The position numbers and the translations under genes are program-made. The notes beneath the pieces are model-generated. The model saw only the letters and a list, made by a program, of their open reading frames with translations, was not told the DNA's origin and did not search any database. DNA of 64,000 bases. Source: Bacteroidota bacterium (GTDB lineage: Bacteria > Bacteroidota > Bacteroidia > Bacteroidales > GCA-2748055). The stretch is from positions 613 through 64,612 of the forward strand of contig JBDLIQ010000007.1 of NCBI GenBank assembly GCA_039714775.1, read 5' to 3'. Shown here in pieces: positions 9,999 to 19,916 of the stretch (the stretch's first letter is position 1; every line of letters starts with the position of its first letter).

Positions 9999-10733
9999 AT
10001 GAAACGGACCACCCTGCTTATTACCATCTTTCTAATCTCCCTCCAGGTATTCTCCCAGGAGGAGAGGCCCAGAAACCTTCCTGCATTTGATATGAAACGG
10101 CTCCATTTCGGATTTACCGTCGGATTCAATGCCATGGACCTGGGAATCAAGAGAAATTATGAGGCAGAGAATTTTCTCTATGCAGATGTGAGCAAGGTGC
10201 AGCCTGGGTTCCAGGTGAGCATTGTCTCCGACCTGAGACTGAGCCAGAACTGGACCCTCAGGTTTTTGCCGGGTATCAGTTTTGGATCCAGAGAGATCAG
10301 CTTTTACGATTATGAAGGGGGTGGACAGGGCAGCCTGACCTCTGACAGAGATGCGGTTAACCCGGTACCTTTGGGTCCCAGTTTTCTAGATTTCCCGCTG
10401 CTCTTTAAATACAGGGCCGACCGGGTGAATAACCACCGGCCCTACCTGGTGGGAGGGCTCAATTTCAGGTACGACATGTCTGCCAAAAAACGGGGAAAGT
10501 ACGACACCGAATCGGAGGAGTATGTGAAGCTGCTGCCAGGTGATCTCTACCTGGAGTTTGGTTTTGGGCTGGACAACTACCTGAGGTATTTTAAGTTTGC
10601 CCCGGAGATCAAGCTGGCTGTTGGTCTGATGAACCTGATCGACCCCACAGGCAGAGCTCCTCATCCTGAATATACCGCGTCCATTGAAAGGGTTACCTCC
10701 TACATCGTCATGCTCAACTTCCATTTTGAGTAG
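9999..10733 (+). CDS. porT: Type IX secretion system outer-membrane protein PorT/SprT
   Basis: Signal peptide; NLPAFDMKRLHFGFTVG, LRFLPG, PLLFKY, YFKFAPEIK; C-terminal FE; adjacent to trmH as usual in Bacteroidota. Confidence 0.8.
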   Translation: MKRTTLLITIFLISLQVFSQEERPRNLPAFDMKRLHFGFTVGFNAMDLGIKRNYEAENFLYADVSKVQPGFQVSIVSDLRLSQNWTLRFLPGISFGSREISFYDYEGGGQGSLTSDRDAVNPVPLGPSFLDFPLLFKYRADRVNNHRPYLVGGLNFRYDMSAKKRGKYDTESEEYVKLLPGDLYLEFGFGLDNYLRYFKFAPEIKLAVGLMNLIDPTGRAPHPEYTASIERVTSYIVMLNFHFE

Positions 10734-10806
10734 GCCGGTGCCCTGTCATTGACAGGGAGCTGGTGGATTTGCCGGCAATGCGGCATGTGTGCCAGATGAT
10801 GCGCCA

Positions 10807-11598
10807 CTATCCCCTTCTTCTCACTTCCGAACAGACCACGGCCACTGATGAGGCCAGGTTGAGTGACTCTGAACCGCGCATGTCGCCTGCAAACGAGGGG
10901 ATGGATATCCTTGTAGTGATGTAGGGGTCATACACTGAGGAGAGCCCCTTCGATTCGTTGCCGAAAAGGATCAGCGGATTTTGCCCCAGCTTGGTTTCGT
11001 AGATGTTCTCCCCTTTCAGGAAGGTCCCGTAGACCGGTTTTCCCTGCATGGGTTGCTCCTTTAACAGCTGCTCCAGTTCGGTATAGTGGACCTTCACCCT
11101 GAGCATGGCTCCCATGGTGGACTGGACCACCTTCGGATTGTAGAGGTCTACCGAATCGGGTGTGCAGAGAATCTGCCTGATGCCGAACCAGTCGGCCGTC
11201 CGGATGATGGTCCCCAGGTTTCCCGGGTCGCGCGCGGCTTCCAGTCCCAGCACAGTTTCGCCTGAGAGCACTGCCGGATCGAGGCCGGTTTCGGGAATGG
11301 TGGCAATGGCCACCACCGGCTGGGGGGTAACCAGGTTGCTTATACTCCTGACCTCCTTTTCGCCGGCCCGGGTAACTTCGGTATCTACTCCCTGCAACGA
11401 GGCAGCGTGGGTACTGATCCACGCTTCGGTGGCAATGAGCTCCCGTATGGATGGACGCTCCTTCGGATCCCCCCCCGGGTTCCCATGGAGCAGCTCCATA
11501 ACCATCTTTTCTCCCTCCACCAGGAACAATTTCTCATGCTCCCTGCTTTTTTTCCGGCCCAGGGAGCGGATCAGTTTTATTTTCGATTTTGAAATCAT
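10807..11598 (-). CDS. TrmH/SpoU family RNA methyltransferase
   Basis: DPGNLGTIIRTADWFG, FGNESKG, ESLNLA. Confidence 0.92.
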   Translation of the reverse strand: MISKSKIKLIRSLGRKKSREHEKLFLVEGEKMVMELLHGNPGGDPKERPSIRELIATEAWISTHAASLQGVDTEVTRAGEKEVRSISNLVTPQPVVAIATIPETGLDPAVLSGETVLGLEAARDPGNLGTIIRTADWFGIRQILCTPDSVDLYNPKVVQSTMGAMLRVKVHYTELEQLLKEQPMQGKPVYGTFLKGENIYETKLGQNPLILFGNESKGLSSVYDPYITTRISIPSFAGDMRGSESLNLASSVAVVCSEVRRRG

Positions 11599-11676
11599 GC
11601 GCGTTGTTGATTATATGCAAAGATGAAAAAAGTTTGGCTGCATTAAAATTCGTATTTTAGCAATTTTATTAGCGCA

Positions 11677-13989
11677 TTGAACCGCAGGATCCCATATATC
11701 ATATATTTTATCATCCCGTTACTTCTGTTTTCCTGCACTGCAACCAAGTATGTGGCTGACGATGAGTACCTGCTGAATAGTTACAAACTGGAGACCGGTG
11801 AAGGTGAATATGAAAAGAAGGCACTCAGCAATTACATCAAGCAGAAGCCCAACAAGCGCGTCATTTTATGGAAATTTTACCTCTCCCTCTATAACCTCTC
11901 TTCTCCCTCAAAGGATAACGGTTTTCATAACTGGCTGAGACGGATCGGGGAGCCCCCTGTGGTTTATGATGAAGGGCTGAAGATCAAATCTTCGGAGCAG
12001 TTAGAGCTCTACATGAAGAACAAGGGCTTTTATCAGGTGACGGTGACCGATACCACACTCTATAAGAAGAGAAGGGCTAAGGTGCTGTATAGGGTAGAAC
12101 CCAACCGTCCATACAGAATCGGGGAGATTACCTATTTCTTTCATGATGCCGGGCTTTCATCCATTGTACTTCCCGATACTGGAATGAACAATTTCAGAAG
12201 TGGAGAGCTGTTTGATGTGGATGTGTTTGAGCAGGAGCGGCTTCGCATTGAGCGGGTTCTCATGGACAGCGGTTATTACAGTTTTACCCGTGATTTTGTC
12301 TATTATGAGGTGGACAGCTCCCTGAGGAACTACCAGGTGAATGTCACCCTGGGGATCAGGAACTACCCGACAAAGGACAGGCTGGGCAACTCAGTTCATA
12401 CAGATCATCCGGTCTATCACATCCGGGATGTTTACATGGTGACTGACTATAGTGTAGCGACCTCCCTGGGAAAGGGAGATCCGGATGGCGAAGCAAAGGA
12501 TACACTGCTGTATGACAGTGTTCATGTGATCTATTCCGGTGAACCCAACATCCGTCCGGGTGTGGTTACCCAGAAGAACTACATCATTCCGGGTGCCCGG
12601 TACGATGCTTCCAATGCACTCAGAACCTACCGGAACCTCTCCTCCCTGAGTGCTTCGCGGATGGTGGATATCAAATTCAGGGAGGTGGATGGGCCGGCCC
12701 GGCTCCTGGATTGTGATCTGCTGGTCACCCCGGCTACCCTTCAGTCCTATACCATTAAGCTGGAGGGCACCAACTCGGCTGGGAATATTGGTGCTGCAGC
12801 AAACATCGGGTACCGGCACAGGAACCTGTTTGGTGGATCGGAGCAGTTTGATCTCTCTTTTCAGGGTGCTATTGAGAATTTAAAAGAGACCAAGAGTGAG
12901 ACGGACCCTGTTAACCAGGGAGGTTTAAACCTCCTGCAGGAGTTTGGAGTGGAGGCCCGTCTGCGGATCCCCAAATTTCTGCTACCGTTCAAATCGGACC
13001 AGTTTATACGCGAATATAATCCGCAGACCAACATCAGGCTCTCTTACAATTATCAGAAGCAGCCTTCATACACAAGGACCATGGCAAGTACCTCATTCGG
13101 ATATCACTGGAGAGGCTCTGAAAAGGTGGTTCACAGGGTCTATCCGGTAGAGGCCAGTCTGATCCTGACGCCCTATAAGGACTCGGCATTTAATGCCTGG
13201 CTGGAGGGAAAGTACCTCTATTACAGTTACGAGCCCCACCTGATCATTGACTCCAGGTATTCGGTCATCTGGTCCAATCAGAAGCTTCTGAAAAACCAGA
13301 GTTTCCAGGATGTGAGACTGAACCTGGAGACGGCTGGTAACCTGCTCTATGGAGGATATAACTGGATGGCTGCCGATCCCGATAGCGGAAACTATCAGTT
13401 GCTGGGGGTCGATTTTGCCCAATATATCAAAGCCGATATCGATCTCAGGAGCTATACCTTTCTGTATGAGGATATCAGCCTGATATTGCGTGGATTTGCA
13501 GGGGTTGGGTTCGCCTACCTGAACTCCAGTGCCATGCCCTTTGAAAAGCAATTCTTCTCCGGAGGGGCCAACTCCATCAGGGCATGGCAGGTGAAGAGCC
13601 TGGGTCCGGGCTCCTATGCTGATCCCGATACACTGGCTTTTCCAAACCAGACCGGTGATGTGAAGCTGGAGGCCAATATGGAGTACCGCTTTAAACTCTT
13701 CTGGAAACTGGAGGCCGCCCTCTTTTTGGATGTGGGAAACATCTGGTCACTCTCTGATGAGGACGACCGGCCCGGGGCGGGATTTGAATTCAACAGGTTC
13801 TACAAGGAGCTGGCTGTGGGTACCGGAGTGGGAACCCGGGCAGTCTTCAGCTTCTTCGTTTTCCGGTTTGACCTGGGAATCCCCTTGCGCTCACCCTTTC
13901 CCATTGATGGTGCCAACTGGCTTCCTGGAAATTCGGGAATTACAGGAAGGGATCTCACCTTCAACCTGGCCATCGGTTATCCGTTCTGA
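11677..13989 (+). CDS. BamA/TamA (Omp85) family outer-membrane lipoprotein, TamL-like
   Basis: Lipobox LFSC; POTRA-like N-terminus; FSGGANSIRAW; C-terminal FNLAIGYPF. Confidence 0.88.
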   Translation: MNRRIPYIIYFIIPLLLFSCTATKYVADDEYLLNSYKLETGEGEYEKKALSNYIKQKPNKRVILWKFYLSLYNLSSPSKDNGFHNWLRRIGEPPVVYDEGLKIKSSEQLELYMKNKGFYQVTVTDTTLYKKRRAKVLYRVEPNRPYRIGEITYFFHDAGLSSIVLPDTGMNNFRSGELFDVDVFEQERLRIERVLMDSGYYSFTRDFVYYEVDSSLRNYQVNVTLGIRNYPTKDRLGNSVHTDHPVYHIRDVYMVTDYSVATSLGKGDPDGEAKDTLLYDSVHVIYSGEPNIRPGVVTQKNYIIPGARYDASNALRTYRNLSSLSASRMVDIKFREVDGPARLLDCDLLVTPATLQSYTIKLEGTNSAGNIGAAANIGYRHRNLFGGSEQFDLSFQGAIENLKETKSETDPVNQGGLNLLQEFGVEARLRIPKFLLPFKSDQFIREYNPQTNIRLSYNYQKQPSYTRTMASTSFGYHWRGSEKVVHRVYPVEASLILTPYKDSAFNAWLEGKYLYYSYEPHLIIDSRYSVIWSNQKLLKNQSFQDVRLNLETAGNLLYGGYNWMAADPDSGNYQLLGVDFAQYIKADIDLRSYTFLYEDISLILRGFAGVGFAYLNSSAMPFEKQFFSGGANSIRAWQVKSLGPGSYADPDTLAFPNQTGDVKLEANMEYRFKLFWKLEAALFLDVGNIWSLSDEDDRPGAGFEFNRFYKELAVGTGVGTRAVFSFFVFRFDLGIPLRSPFPIDGANWLPGNSGITGRDLTFNLAIGYPF

Positions 13990-14039
13990 GCCTGTTGATT
14001 TTGCCAGAATTTATGTTAATTTTGTAGGCTCATTTTTAT

Positions 14040-14215
14040 ACCTGATCAATTCACAAATTGATCTATTATGAATCCAAAATACTGTGATTAAAGGCAATGC
14101 TCAATTCTCGATTCTTAATATAGCTACGGCTATATCTGCGAGTCTCAATTCTGCGCTTACCTTTATTCTTTGTATTTTGGTCTCTCATAACGAAAAACTT
14201 ATGAATAGATCAGGT
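14040..14215. repeat. ~176-bp nested imperfect inverted repeat, MITE/REP-like
   Basis: Termini ACCTGATCAATTCACAAATT and AACTTATGAATAGATCAGGT (17/20 complementary); inner arms CCAAAATAC/GTATTTTGG and TAAAGG/CCTTTA; apical ATATAGC-TACG-GCTATAT. Confidence 0.7.
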
Positions 14216-14243
14216 TAACCAATTCCAACTTAATTTATTGATC

Positions 14244-15323
14244 ATGTCCAATAAGATTTTAGATGTTGTGAAACCCGGTGTTCTTTCGGGTCAAGATGTT
14301 CAGAAAGTGCTGGCTGTTGCCAAGCAGAACGAATATGCCATCCCTGCTGTGAATGTGGTGGGAACCAACTCTGTGAATGCTGTCATTGAGGCTGCCAAAG
14401 ATGTAAGTGCCCCTGTAATGATCCAGTTCTCCAACGGCGGAGCAGTTTTCTTTGCCGGCAAGGGACTCTCCAATGAGGATCAGAAAGCTGCCATTGCCGG
14501 TGCGGTCAGTGGAGCCAATCATGTTCATGCAATGGCCGAGGCGTACGGTGTTCCTGTGATCCTGCATACAGACCACGCAGCCAAGAAACTGCTTCCGTGG
14601 ATCGATGGATTGCTGGATGCCGGTGAGAAGCATTATGAGCAATATGGCAAGCCCCTGTTCAGTTCCCATATGCTGGACCTGTCTGAAGAGCCGCTCGAGG
14701 AGAATATTGCGATATGTGTGAAGTACCTGGAGCGGATGAGCAAGATCGGAATGACCCTGGAGATTGAACTGGGTGTTACCGGTGGCGAGGAGGATGGTGT
14801 GGACAATACCGGAATGGACAGCTCCCTGCTCTATACACAGCCCGAAGATGTAGCTTATGCTTACGAAGAGCTTTCCAAGGTTAGCGACCAGTTTACCATT
14901 GCTGCTTCGTTTGGAAATGTGCACGGTGTATACAAGCCGGGTAATGTGAAGCTGACTCCCAAGATCCTGGACAATTCACAGAAATATGTTGAAGAGAAAT
15001 ACGGATTGGATGCCAAACCGCTGAATTTTGTATTTCATGGCGGTTCCGGTTCTTCACAGGAGGAGATTCGTGAAGCGATTGGTTACGGGGTGATCAAGAT
15101 GAATATCGACACAGATACCCAGTGGGCTGCATGGGATGGTGTCAGGAAATTTGAAGCCAAGAACCACGATTACCTGCAGGGTCAGATAGGGAATCCTGAA
15201 GGCGAAGACAAGCCCAACAAGAAGTTCTACGATCCCAGGGTCTGGCTCAGGGAGGGAGAGAAATCCCTGATTGAACGCATGAAAGTGGCGTTTGATGACC
15301 TGAACTGCATCGACAGGCTGTAA
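14244..15323 (+). CDS. fbaA: Class II fructose-bisphosphate aldolase
   Basis: LHTDH, SSHMLDLSEE, GGEEDG, GNVHGVY, FHGGSGS, KMNIDTD. Confidence 0.97.
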   Translation: MSNKILDVVKPGVLSGQDVQKVLAVAKQNEYAIPAVNVVGTNSVNAVIEAAKDVSAPVMIQFSNGGAVFFAGKGLSNEDQKAAIAGAVSGANHVHAMAEAYGVPVILHTDHAAKKLLPWIDGLLDAGEKHYEQYGKPLFSSHMLDLSEEPLEENIAICVKYLERMSKIGMTLEIELGVTGGEEDGVDNTGMDSSLLYTQPEDVAYAYEELSKVSDQFTIAASFGNVHGVYKPGNVKLTPKILDNSQKYVEEKYGLDAKPLNFVFHGGSGSSQEEIREAIGYGVIKMNIDTDTQWAAWDGVRKFEAKNHDYLQGQIGNPEGEDKPNKKFYDPRVWLREGEKSLIERMKVAFDDLNCIDRL

Positions 15324-15349
15324 CTATGAAAGCTGTAAAGTTGGTTTAG

Positions 15350-16735
15350 ATGCCTGTCGGAGGAGAGAGGGACAGTTTTAGCAGCAGGTTCGGTGTCCTG
15401 GCGGCATTGGCCGGATCGGCCATCGGACTGGGCAATATCTGGCGGTTTCCATATGTGGTCGGACAAAATGGGGGTGGAGCTTTTCTGCTGATCTATCTCC
15501 TTTTTGTCGCTGCAATTGGTATCCCGGTAATGATGTCGGAATTTGTGATCGGCCGGTCAGCACAGCTAAACCCGGTAGGTGCATTCAAAAAGATCCATAC
15601 AGGTAAAAGGTGGCATCTGGTTGGTATGCTGGGAGTTGTTTCAGTATTCATCATTTTTGCTTTCTATACAGTTGTTGCCGGCTGGACACTGGAGTACCTG
15701 GTCCAATCTGTAAGATGGATACTGTTTCCCGGCAAATTCGGTTTTGCCACCATGGATACCTCAGCCCTGAATGAGTTCTTTAGCAATCACTATGAATCTT
15801 TCACATCGGGCATTTGGAGGCCTGCTCTCTGGTTTGTGGTGATGATGGTCCTGACTGGATTGATTGTTATCTCCGGGGTGAAGAATGGTATTGAAAAATA
15901 TGCCAAGATCCTGATGCCCCTCTTTCTGGTTTTGTTACTGATCCTGGTTACCAGATCGCTCTCCCTGGAAGGGGCGGGGGATGGGTTGGTATTTCTCTTT
16001 AAACCCGATTTTTCTATCATTAAAGAGGCGCCGTTCAAAATCATTCTGGAAGCACTTGGACAGGCCTTCTTCTCTCTCTCAATTGGGATGGGTACGCTTA
16101 TCACCTATGGCTCCTATATCCGGAAGAATGAGAATCTTGCAGGTTCGGCTGTAAGTGTGGCTGTTGCTGATACTTTTGTTGCCATTATAGCCGGACTGGC
16201 TATCTTCCCTGCTGTATTTGCCTTTGGGATTGACCCGGGTGAAGGGCCTGAGCTGGTCTATATCACCCTTCCGGTTATCTTTCAGAATATGGCAGGCGGA
16301 CTTATCTGGGCATTTATGTTTTTCCTTTTGCTCTGCTTTGCTGCCATCACCTCCACCATATCGATGCTGGAGGTGATTGTGGCCTATTTTTCAGAGCAGT
16401 TGTCCATGACCCGGAAGCGTGCCGCTATCCTCTCCATGATCTCGGTGGGCTTTCTGGGGGGCATTAGCACGGTTTCATCCGATCTGTTTGACTTTTTAAA
16501 TGCCTCCCCGGACCTGATGCTGCCACTGGGGGGATTCTTCATCGTGGTTTTCATTGGCTGGTTTCTTGCAAAGGATACCACAAAGGGTGAATTGTCCAGC
16601 GACGGAGCCTATAAAGCAGGTTACTATCGCCTGTTCATGTTCCTGGTGAAATTCGTTGCTCCGCTGGCCATCGCTTTTCTGTTTGCCATGGGTGTCTACT
16701 CCAAGGTGATCTCACTCTTTCCTTCGGTAGGGTAA
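15350..16735 (+). CDS. Sodium-dependent transporter, NSS/SNF family
   Basis: GSAIGLGNIWRFPY, GGGAFL, QAFFSLSIGMG. Confidence 0.93.
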   Translation: MPVGGERDSFSSRFGVLAALAGSAIGLGNIWRFPYVVGQNGGGAFLLIYLLFVAAIGIPVMMSEFVIGRSAQLNPVGAFKKIHTGKRWHLVGMLGVVSVFIIFAFYTVVAGWTLEYLVQSVRWILFPGKFGFATMDTSALNEFFSNHYESFTSGIWRPALWFVVMMVLTGLIVISGVKNGIEKYAKILMPLFLVLLLILVTRSLSLEGAGDGLVFLFKPDFSIIKEAPFKIILEALGQAFFSLSIGMGTLITYGSYIRKNENLAGSAVSVAVADTFVAIIAGLAIFPAVFAFGIDPGEGPELVYITLPVIFQNMAGGLIWAFMFFLLLCFAAITSTISMLEVIVAYFSEQLSMTRKRAAILSMISVGFLGGISTVSSDLFDFLNASPDLMLPLGGFFIVVFIGWFLAKDTTKGELSSDGAYKAGYYRLFMFLVKFVAPLAIAFLFAMGVYSKVISLFPSVG

Positions 16736-16785
16736 AAACAATCACAGCTGAACGATAAATTCATCCCTGGCACATTAACCAGTGG

Positions 16786-17496
16786 ATGATCAACAAACTG
16801 TTAAGGGAGTTCTTTCTGCTTCCCAGGGGTGAACAGCGGGCCATGATCCTGGTATCCATGCTGCTGATCCTTAGCCTGGGAGTGAGAATCGCCGTGCCGA
16901 TGCTGCCCGCAAGGGATCCCTCGGGCATGGAGGAGTTTGTGGAGGTTTCCCGAAGGGTTATGGCTGAACTGGCCAAAGCGGACAGCCTGGCAGCAGACAG
17001 CCTGGCAGAGGTCAGGAAGCAATCTGCTGCGGCATACAAAGAGAAGAGTTCCTACAGGAATCCCCCTGTGCGACGTAACCCCACGCATCTCCTGGCGCAA
17101 GCATCCATCCCCCTTAACACCATCGATTCAGCCGGATTGTTGCCCCTGCCCGGGATCGGCCCAGTCTTTGCAGGCCGCATTGTTAAGTACCGCAACCTGC
17201 TGGGTGGATATGTAAGTTCAGATCAGTTAATGGAAGTGTATGGATTGGACAGGGAGCGGGTTCAACGCATCGCTCCACTGTTATATATTGACACTTCTGA
17301 TATCACTTTGCTCCATCTGAACACGGCTGGGTTCAGGGAGCTGCTCCGCCACCCCTATCTGGAGTATGAGGATGTAAAGGTGCTGGTGAATTACAGGGAT
17401 GAGATGGGTAAGTTCACCTCGCTCCGGGAGATCAGGGAGCATGCGCTGCTTCCGGACTCTAGCCTTGAGAGGGTTAGGGCCTACCTAAAGCTGTAG
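16786..17496 (+). CDS. ComEA-like helix-hairpin-helix DNA-binding membrane protein
   Basis: N-terminal TM; LPGIGPVFAGRIVKYR..LGGY..LMEVYGL; second HhH LNTA..LLRHPY. Confidence 0.85.
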   Translation: MINKLLREFFLLPRGEQRAMILVSMLLILSLGVRIAVPMLPARDPSGMEEFVEVSRRVMAELAKADSLAADSLAEVRKQSAAAYKEKSSYRNPPVRRNPTHLLAQASIPLNTIDSAGLLPLPGIGPVFAGRIVKYRNLLGGYVSSDQLMEVYGLDRERVQRIAPLLYIDTSDITLLHLNTAGFRELLRHPYLEYEDVKVLVNYRDEMGKFTSLREIREHALLPDSSLERVRAYLKL

Positions 17497-17516
17497 ATAT
17501 TAATAGTGAGGTAAAT

Positions 17517-17654
17517 ATGAAAGACGAAATAGTCATTTATCAAGCTGCCGGACTTTCTGTACGATTAGAAGAGTTGTCAACTGTTCGGTTTTTCCGAACA
17601 GTTCAAATCGAAGGTAGTATATGTCAAATTTATCTGAACAAACCGGGAATATGA
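17517..17654 (+). pseudogene. Internally deleted remnant of a RhuM/virulence-family gene
   Basis: Manual translation MKDEIVIYQAAGLSVRLEELSTVRFFRTVQIEG...; the EIVIYQ..VRLE and STVRxFRxVQxEG blocks are typical of RhuM proteins but are joined directly here. Confidence 0.55.
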
Positions 17655-17909
17655 CAGGATCAATGCGAAAACTATATAGAGATGGAGTTCAGGAGCTTTA
17701 GAATTTATATGCGTCGGCCCTGAAACAATTGGCTGTTATTCTTTTTTTTTATATTTTTATTGAATGAGGAAAGTTTTGCCAAAATTCCGGGGTTTTATCA
17801 TATAGTTTTACCGCTGTCATTTTCAGTCCAATTAAAAAAATGGTGAGTTTAGTTGAATATTAGGAATTGAATTTCTAAATTTGCGGCTCGAAATTAAAAA
17901 CAGATTGAA

Positions 17910-18101
17910 ATGATTGTAATTCCCATAAAAGAGGGTGAGAATATTGAAAGGGCATTGAAGAAGTTCAAACGGAAGTTTGAAAAGACTGGTGTAGTAAAGG
18001 AGCTTAGGAGCCGTCAGGCATTTATCAAGCCCTCTATTACCAAGCGCCAGCAGAAGCTCAAGGCCATCTATATTCAACAATTACAGCAAGAGGAAGACTA
18101 G
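17910..18101 (+). CDS. rpsU: 30S ribosomal protein S21
   Basis: KEGENIERALKKFKRKFEKTG..ELRSRQAFIKPS; TAAATTTG promoter at 17876-17883. Confidence 0.97.
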   Translation: MIVIPIKEGENIERALKKFKRKFEKTGVVKELRSRQAFIKPSITKRQQKLKAIYIQQLQQEED

Positions 18102-18137
18102 CCATCCGGGGTTCTGGCAGATGATGAAACGCTGCCC

Positions 18138-19019
18138 ATGACCAGGATCGACGAATTTCTGAACTACCTGCAGGCTGAGAAGCGGTATGCAACCCATACC
18201 ATCAAAGCTTACAACAGTGCGTTAAATCAATTTCATGCTTTCTGCCAGGAGAATGGCAACAAGGGCATGGATTTGCATTATAAGACCATCCGCTCCTGGG
18301 TGGTTTACCAGATGGATTCAGGGATCACCCCGCGCACGGTACATCGCAAGCTAACCACCCTGAGAACATATTGCAAGTACCTGATCAAAGTGGGAGAACT
18401 GGAAGCCAATCCGCTGGACAGGGTGCTTAAGCCAAAACTAAGCAGACGGACTCCTCTGTTTGTGGATGAGGGTAACATGGAGGTCCTTCTGGATGAATTT
18501 ACTTTCGGAGCAGATTTCGAAGGGGTGCGAAACAAGCTGATCATTGACCTGTTGTATCAGACCGGGATGAGGCGTAGTGAACTACTTGGCCTTAAAGTTG
18601 GATCAATAGATCCTCAGGTGAAAAGTCTGAAAGTAACAGGTAAAAGAGACAAAGAGAGGCTGATTCCCCTGAATGATGAGCTGATCCAATCAATGAATGA
18701 TTACATTCTCCTGCGGGCTGAAGTGGTTTCCGATCCGAATGTGGATGCTTTGATTGTTACCGCAAGAGGCGGTCCGGCCTATGAGTCGCTGATCTACCGG
18801 ATTGTAAAAAAGTACCTTACAATTGTAACCACCCTCGATAAGAGAAGCCCTCATGTGTTGCGGCACACCTTTGCCACCCACATGCTTAACCAGGGAGCTG
18901 ATCTGAATGCCATCAAGGAATTGCTGGGTCATGCAAACCTTTCGGCTACCCAGGTCTACACTCATAATACGTTCAAGAAGTTAAAGTCTATTTATAATCG
19001 GGCCCATCCCAGGGCCTAA
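18138..19019 (+). CDS. xerC: Tyrosine recombinase XerC
   Basis: TGMRRSEL, GKRDKER, PHVLRHTFATH, LLGHANLSATQVYTH; conserved rpsU-xerC-raiA synteny. Confidence 0.9.
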   Translation: MTRIDEFLNYLQAEKRYATHTIKAYNSALNQFHAFCQENGNKGMDLHYKTIRSWVVYQMDSGITPRTVHRKLTTLRTYCKYLIKVGELEANPLDRVLKPKLSRRTPLFVDEGNMEVLLDEFTFGADFEGVRNKLIIDLLYQTGMRRSELLGLKVGSIDPQVKSLKVTGKRDKERLIPLNDELIQSMNDYILLRAEVVSDPNVDALIVTARGGPAYESLIYRIVKKYLTIVTTLDKRSPHVLRHTFATHMLNQGADLNAIKELLGHANLSATQVYTHNTFKKLKSIYNRAHPRA

Positions 19020-19036
19020 AAAAGATGGAGGTGCCT

Positions 19037-19339
19037 ATGAATATTAAGATGCATTCTATTCGGTTTGATGCAGACCAGAAGTTGGTTGAGTTTATCAACA
19101 CAAAGGTCAAAAAATTGCCTGTTGTTTATGATGATATCATGGGAGCAGAGGTATTCCTTAGACTAAATAAGGACACGGCCGATCGTGAGAATAAACTGGT
19201 AGAGATTAAACTTGATGTAAAAGGTCAGAATGTTTTTGCAAAGAAGCAGTGCAAGACATTTGAAGAAGCAACCGATCTGGCCATTGATGCTTTAAAGAAA
19301 CAACTGGTAAAACGAAAGGAAAAAATCAGGAAGAAATAG
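19037..19339 (+). CDS. raiA: Ribosome hibernation factor RaiA/HPF
   Basis: SIRFDADQKL...FAKKQCKTFEEATD; position before the tRNA/tuf cluster. Confidence 0.9.
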   Translation: MNIKMHSIRFDADQKLVEFINTKVKKLPVVYDDIMGAEVFLRLNKDTADRENKLVEIKLDVKGQNVFAKKQCKTFEEATDLAIDALKKQLVKRKEKIRKK

Positions 19340-19355
19340 CCCTTAAAAACCTGTT

Positions 19356-19384
19356 AAAAAGGCTGCTTCGGCAGCTTTTTTTTT
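19356..19384 (+). terminator. Rho-independent terminator
   Basis: GCTGC-TTCG-GCAGC hairpin followed by T9, A-run upstream. Confidence 0.85.
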
Positions 19385-19484
19385 GCCCTTTAAAAAAGAG
19401 ACATTATTTTTTGTGTGCTAACTAAAATATTCATACATTTGCGAACCGATTTTGGAGGGTGTATTTCATTGAAGTTCTTTATAT

Positions 19485-19558
19485 GCCGATGTAGCTCAGT
19501 TGGTCAGAGCAGCTGATTTGTAATCAGCAGGTCGGGGGTTCGAATCCCTCCATCGGCT
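19485..19558 (+). tRNA. tRNA-Thr(TGT)
   Basis: GCCGATG acceptor; anticodon arm GCTGA-TTTGTAA-TCAGC; GGTTCGAATCC; promoter TACATTTG at 19434-19441. Confidence 0.96.
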
Positions 19559-19600
19559 CTGATCTTTTTTATAAAGGTGTACTTTGTTTATTGAAATTAT

Positions 19601-19683
19601 GGGGAGATACCAAAGTGGCCAACTGGGGCAGACTGTAAATCTGCTGTCGTACGACTTCGGAGGTTCGAATCCTTCTCTCCCCA
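19601..19683 (+). tRNA. tRNA-Tyr(GTA)
   Basis: GCAGA-CTGTAAA-TCTGC anticodon arm; long variable arm; GGTTCGAATCC. Confidence 0.96.
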
Positions 19684-19699
19684 CACTTGGAATACTCAA

Positions 19700-19772
19700 G
19701 CGGGAATAGCTCAGTTGGTAGAGCACAACCCTTCCAAGGTTGGGGTCGCGAGTTCGAGCCTCGTTTCCCGCT
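19700..19772 (+). tRNA. tRNA-Gly(TCC)
   Basis: GCGGGAA acceptor; CAACC-CTTCCAA-GGTTG; AGTTCGAGCC. Confidence 0.95.
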
Positions 19773-19787
19773 CAATACCTTGAGGTT

Positions 19788-19859
19788 GCCGATGTAGCTC
19801 AGGGGTAGAGCGCTTCCTTGGTAAGGAAGAGGTCAGGGGTTCAATTCCCCTCATTGGCT
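19788..19859 (+). tRNA. tRNA-Thr(GGT)
   Basis: CTTCC-TTGGTAA-GGAAG anticodon arm; GGTTCAATTCC. Confidence 0.95.
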
Positions 19860-19916
19860 CTGAATAAAATTAGAAGTAATAAACAGTAACAAGTATCAAA
19901 TTAATTAAATTAAGTT

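Noticed and set aside
18138-19859. Tyrosine recombinase near tRNAs as a sign of an integrated element
   Set aside because: This is the housekeeping XerC in the conserved rpsU-xerC-raiA-tRNA-tuf context. No att repeats or cargo genes were seen.
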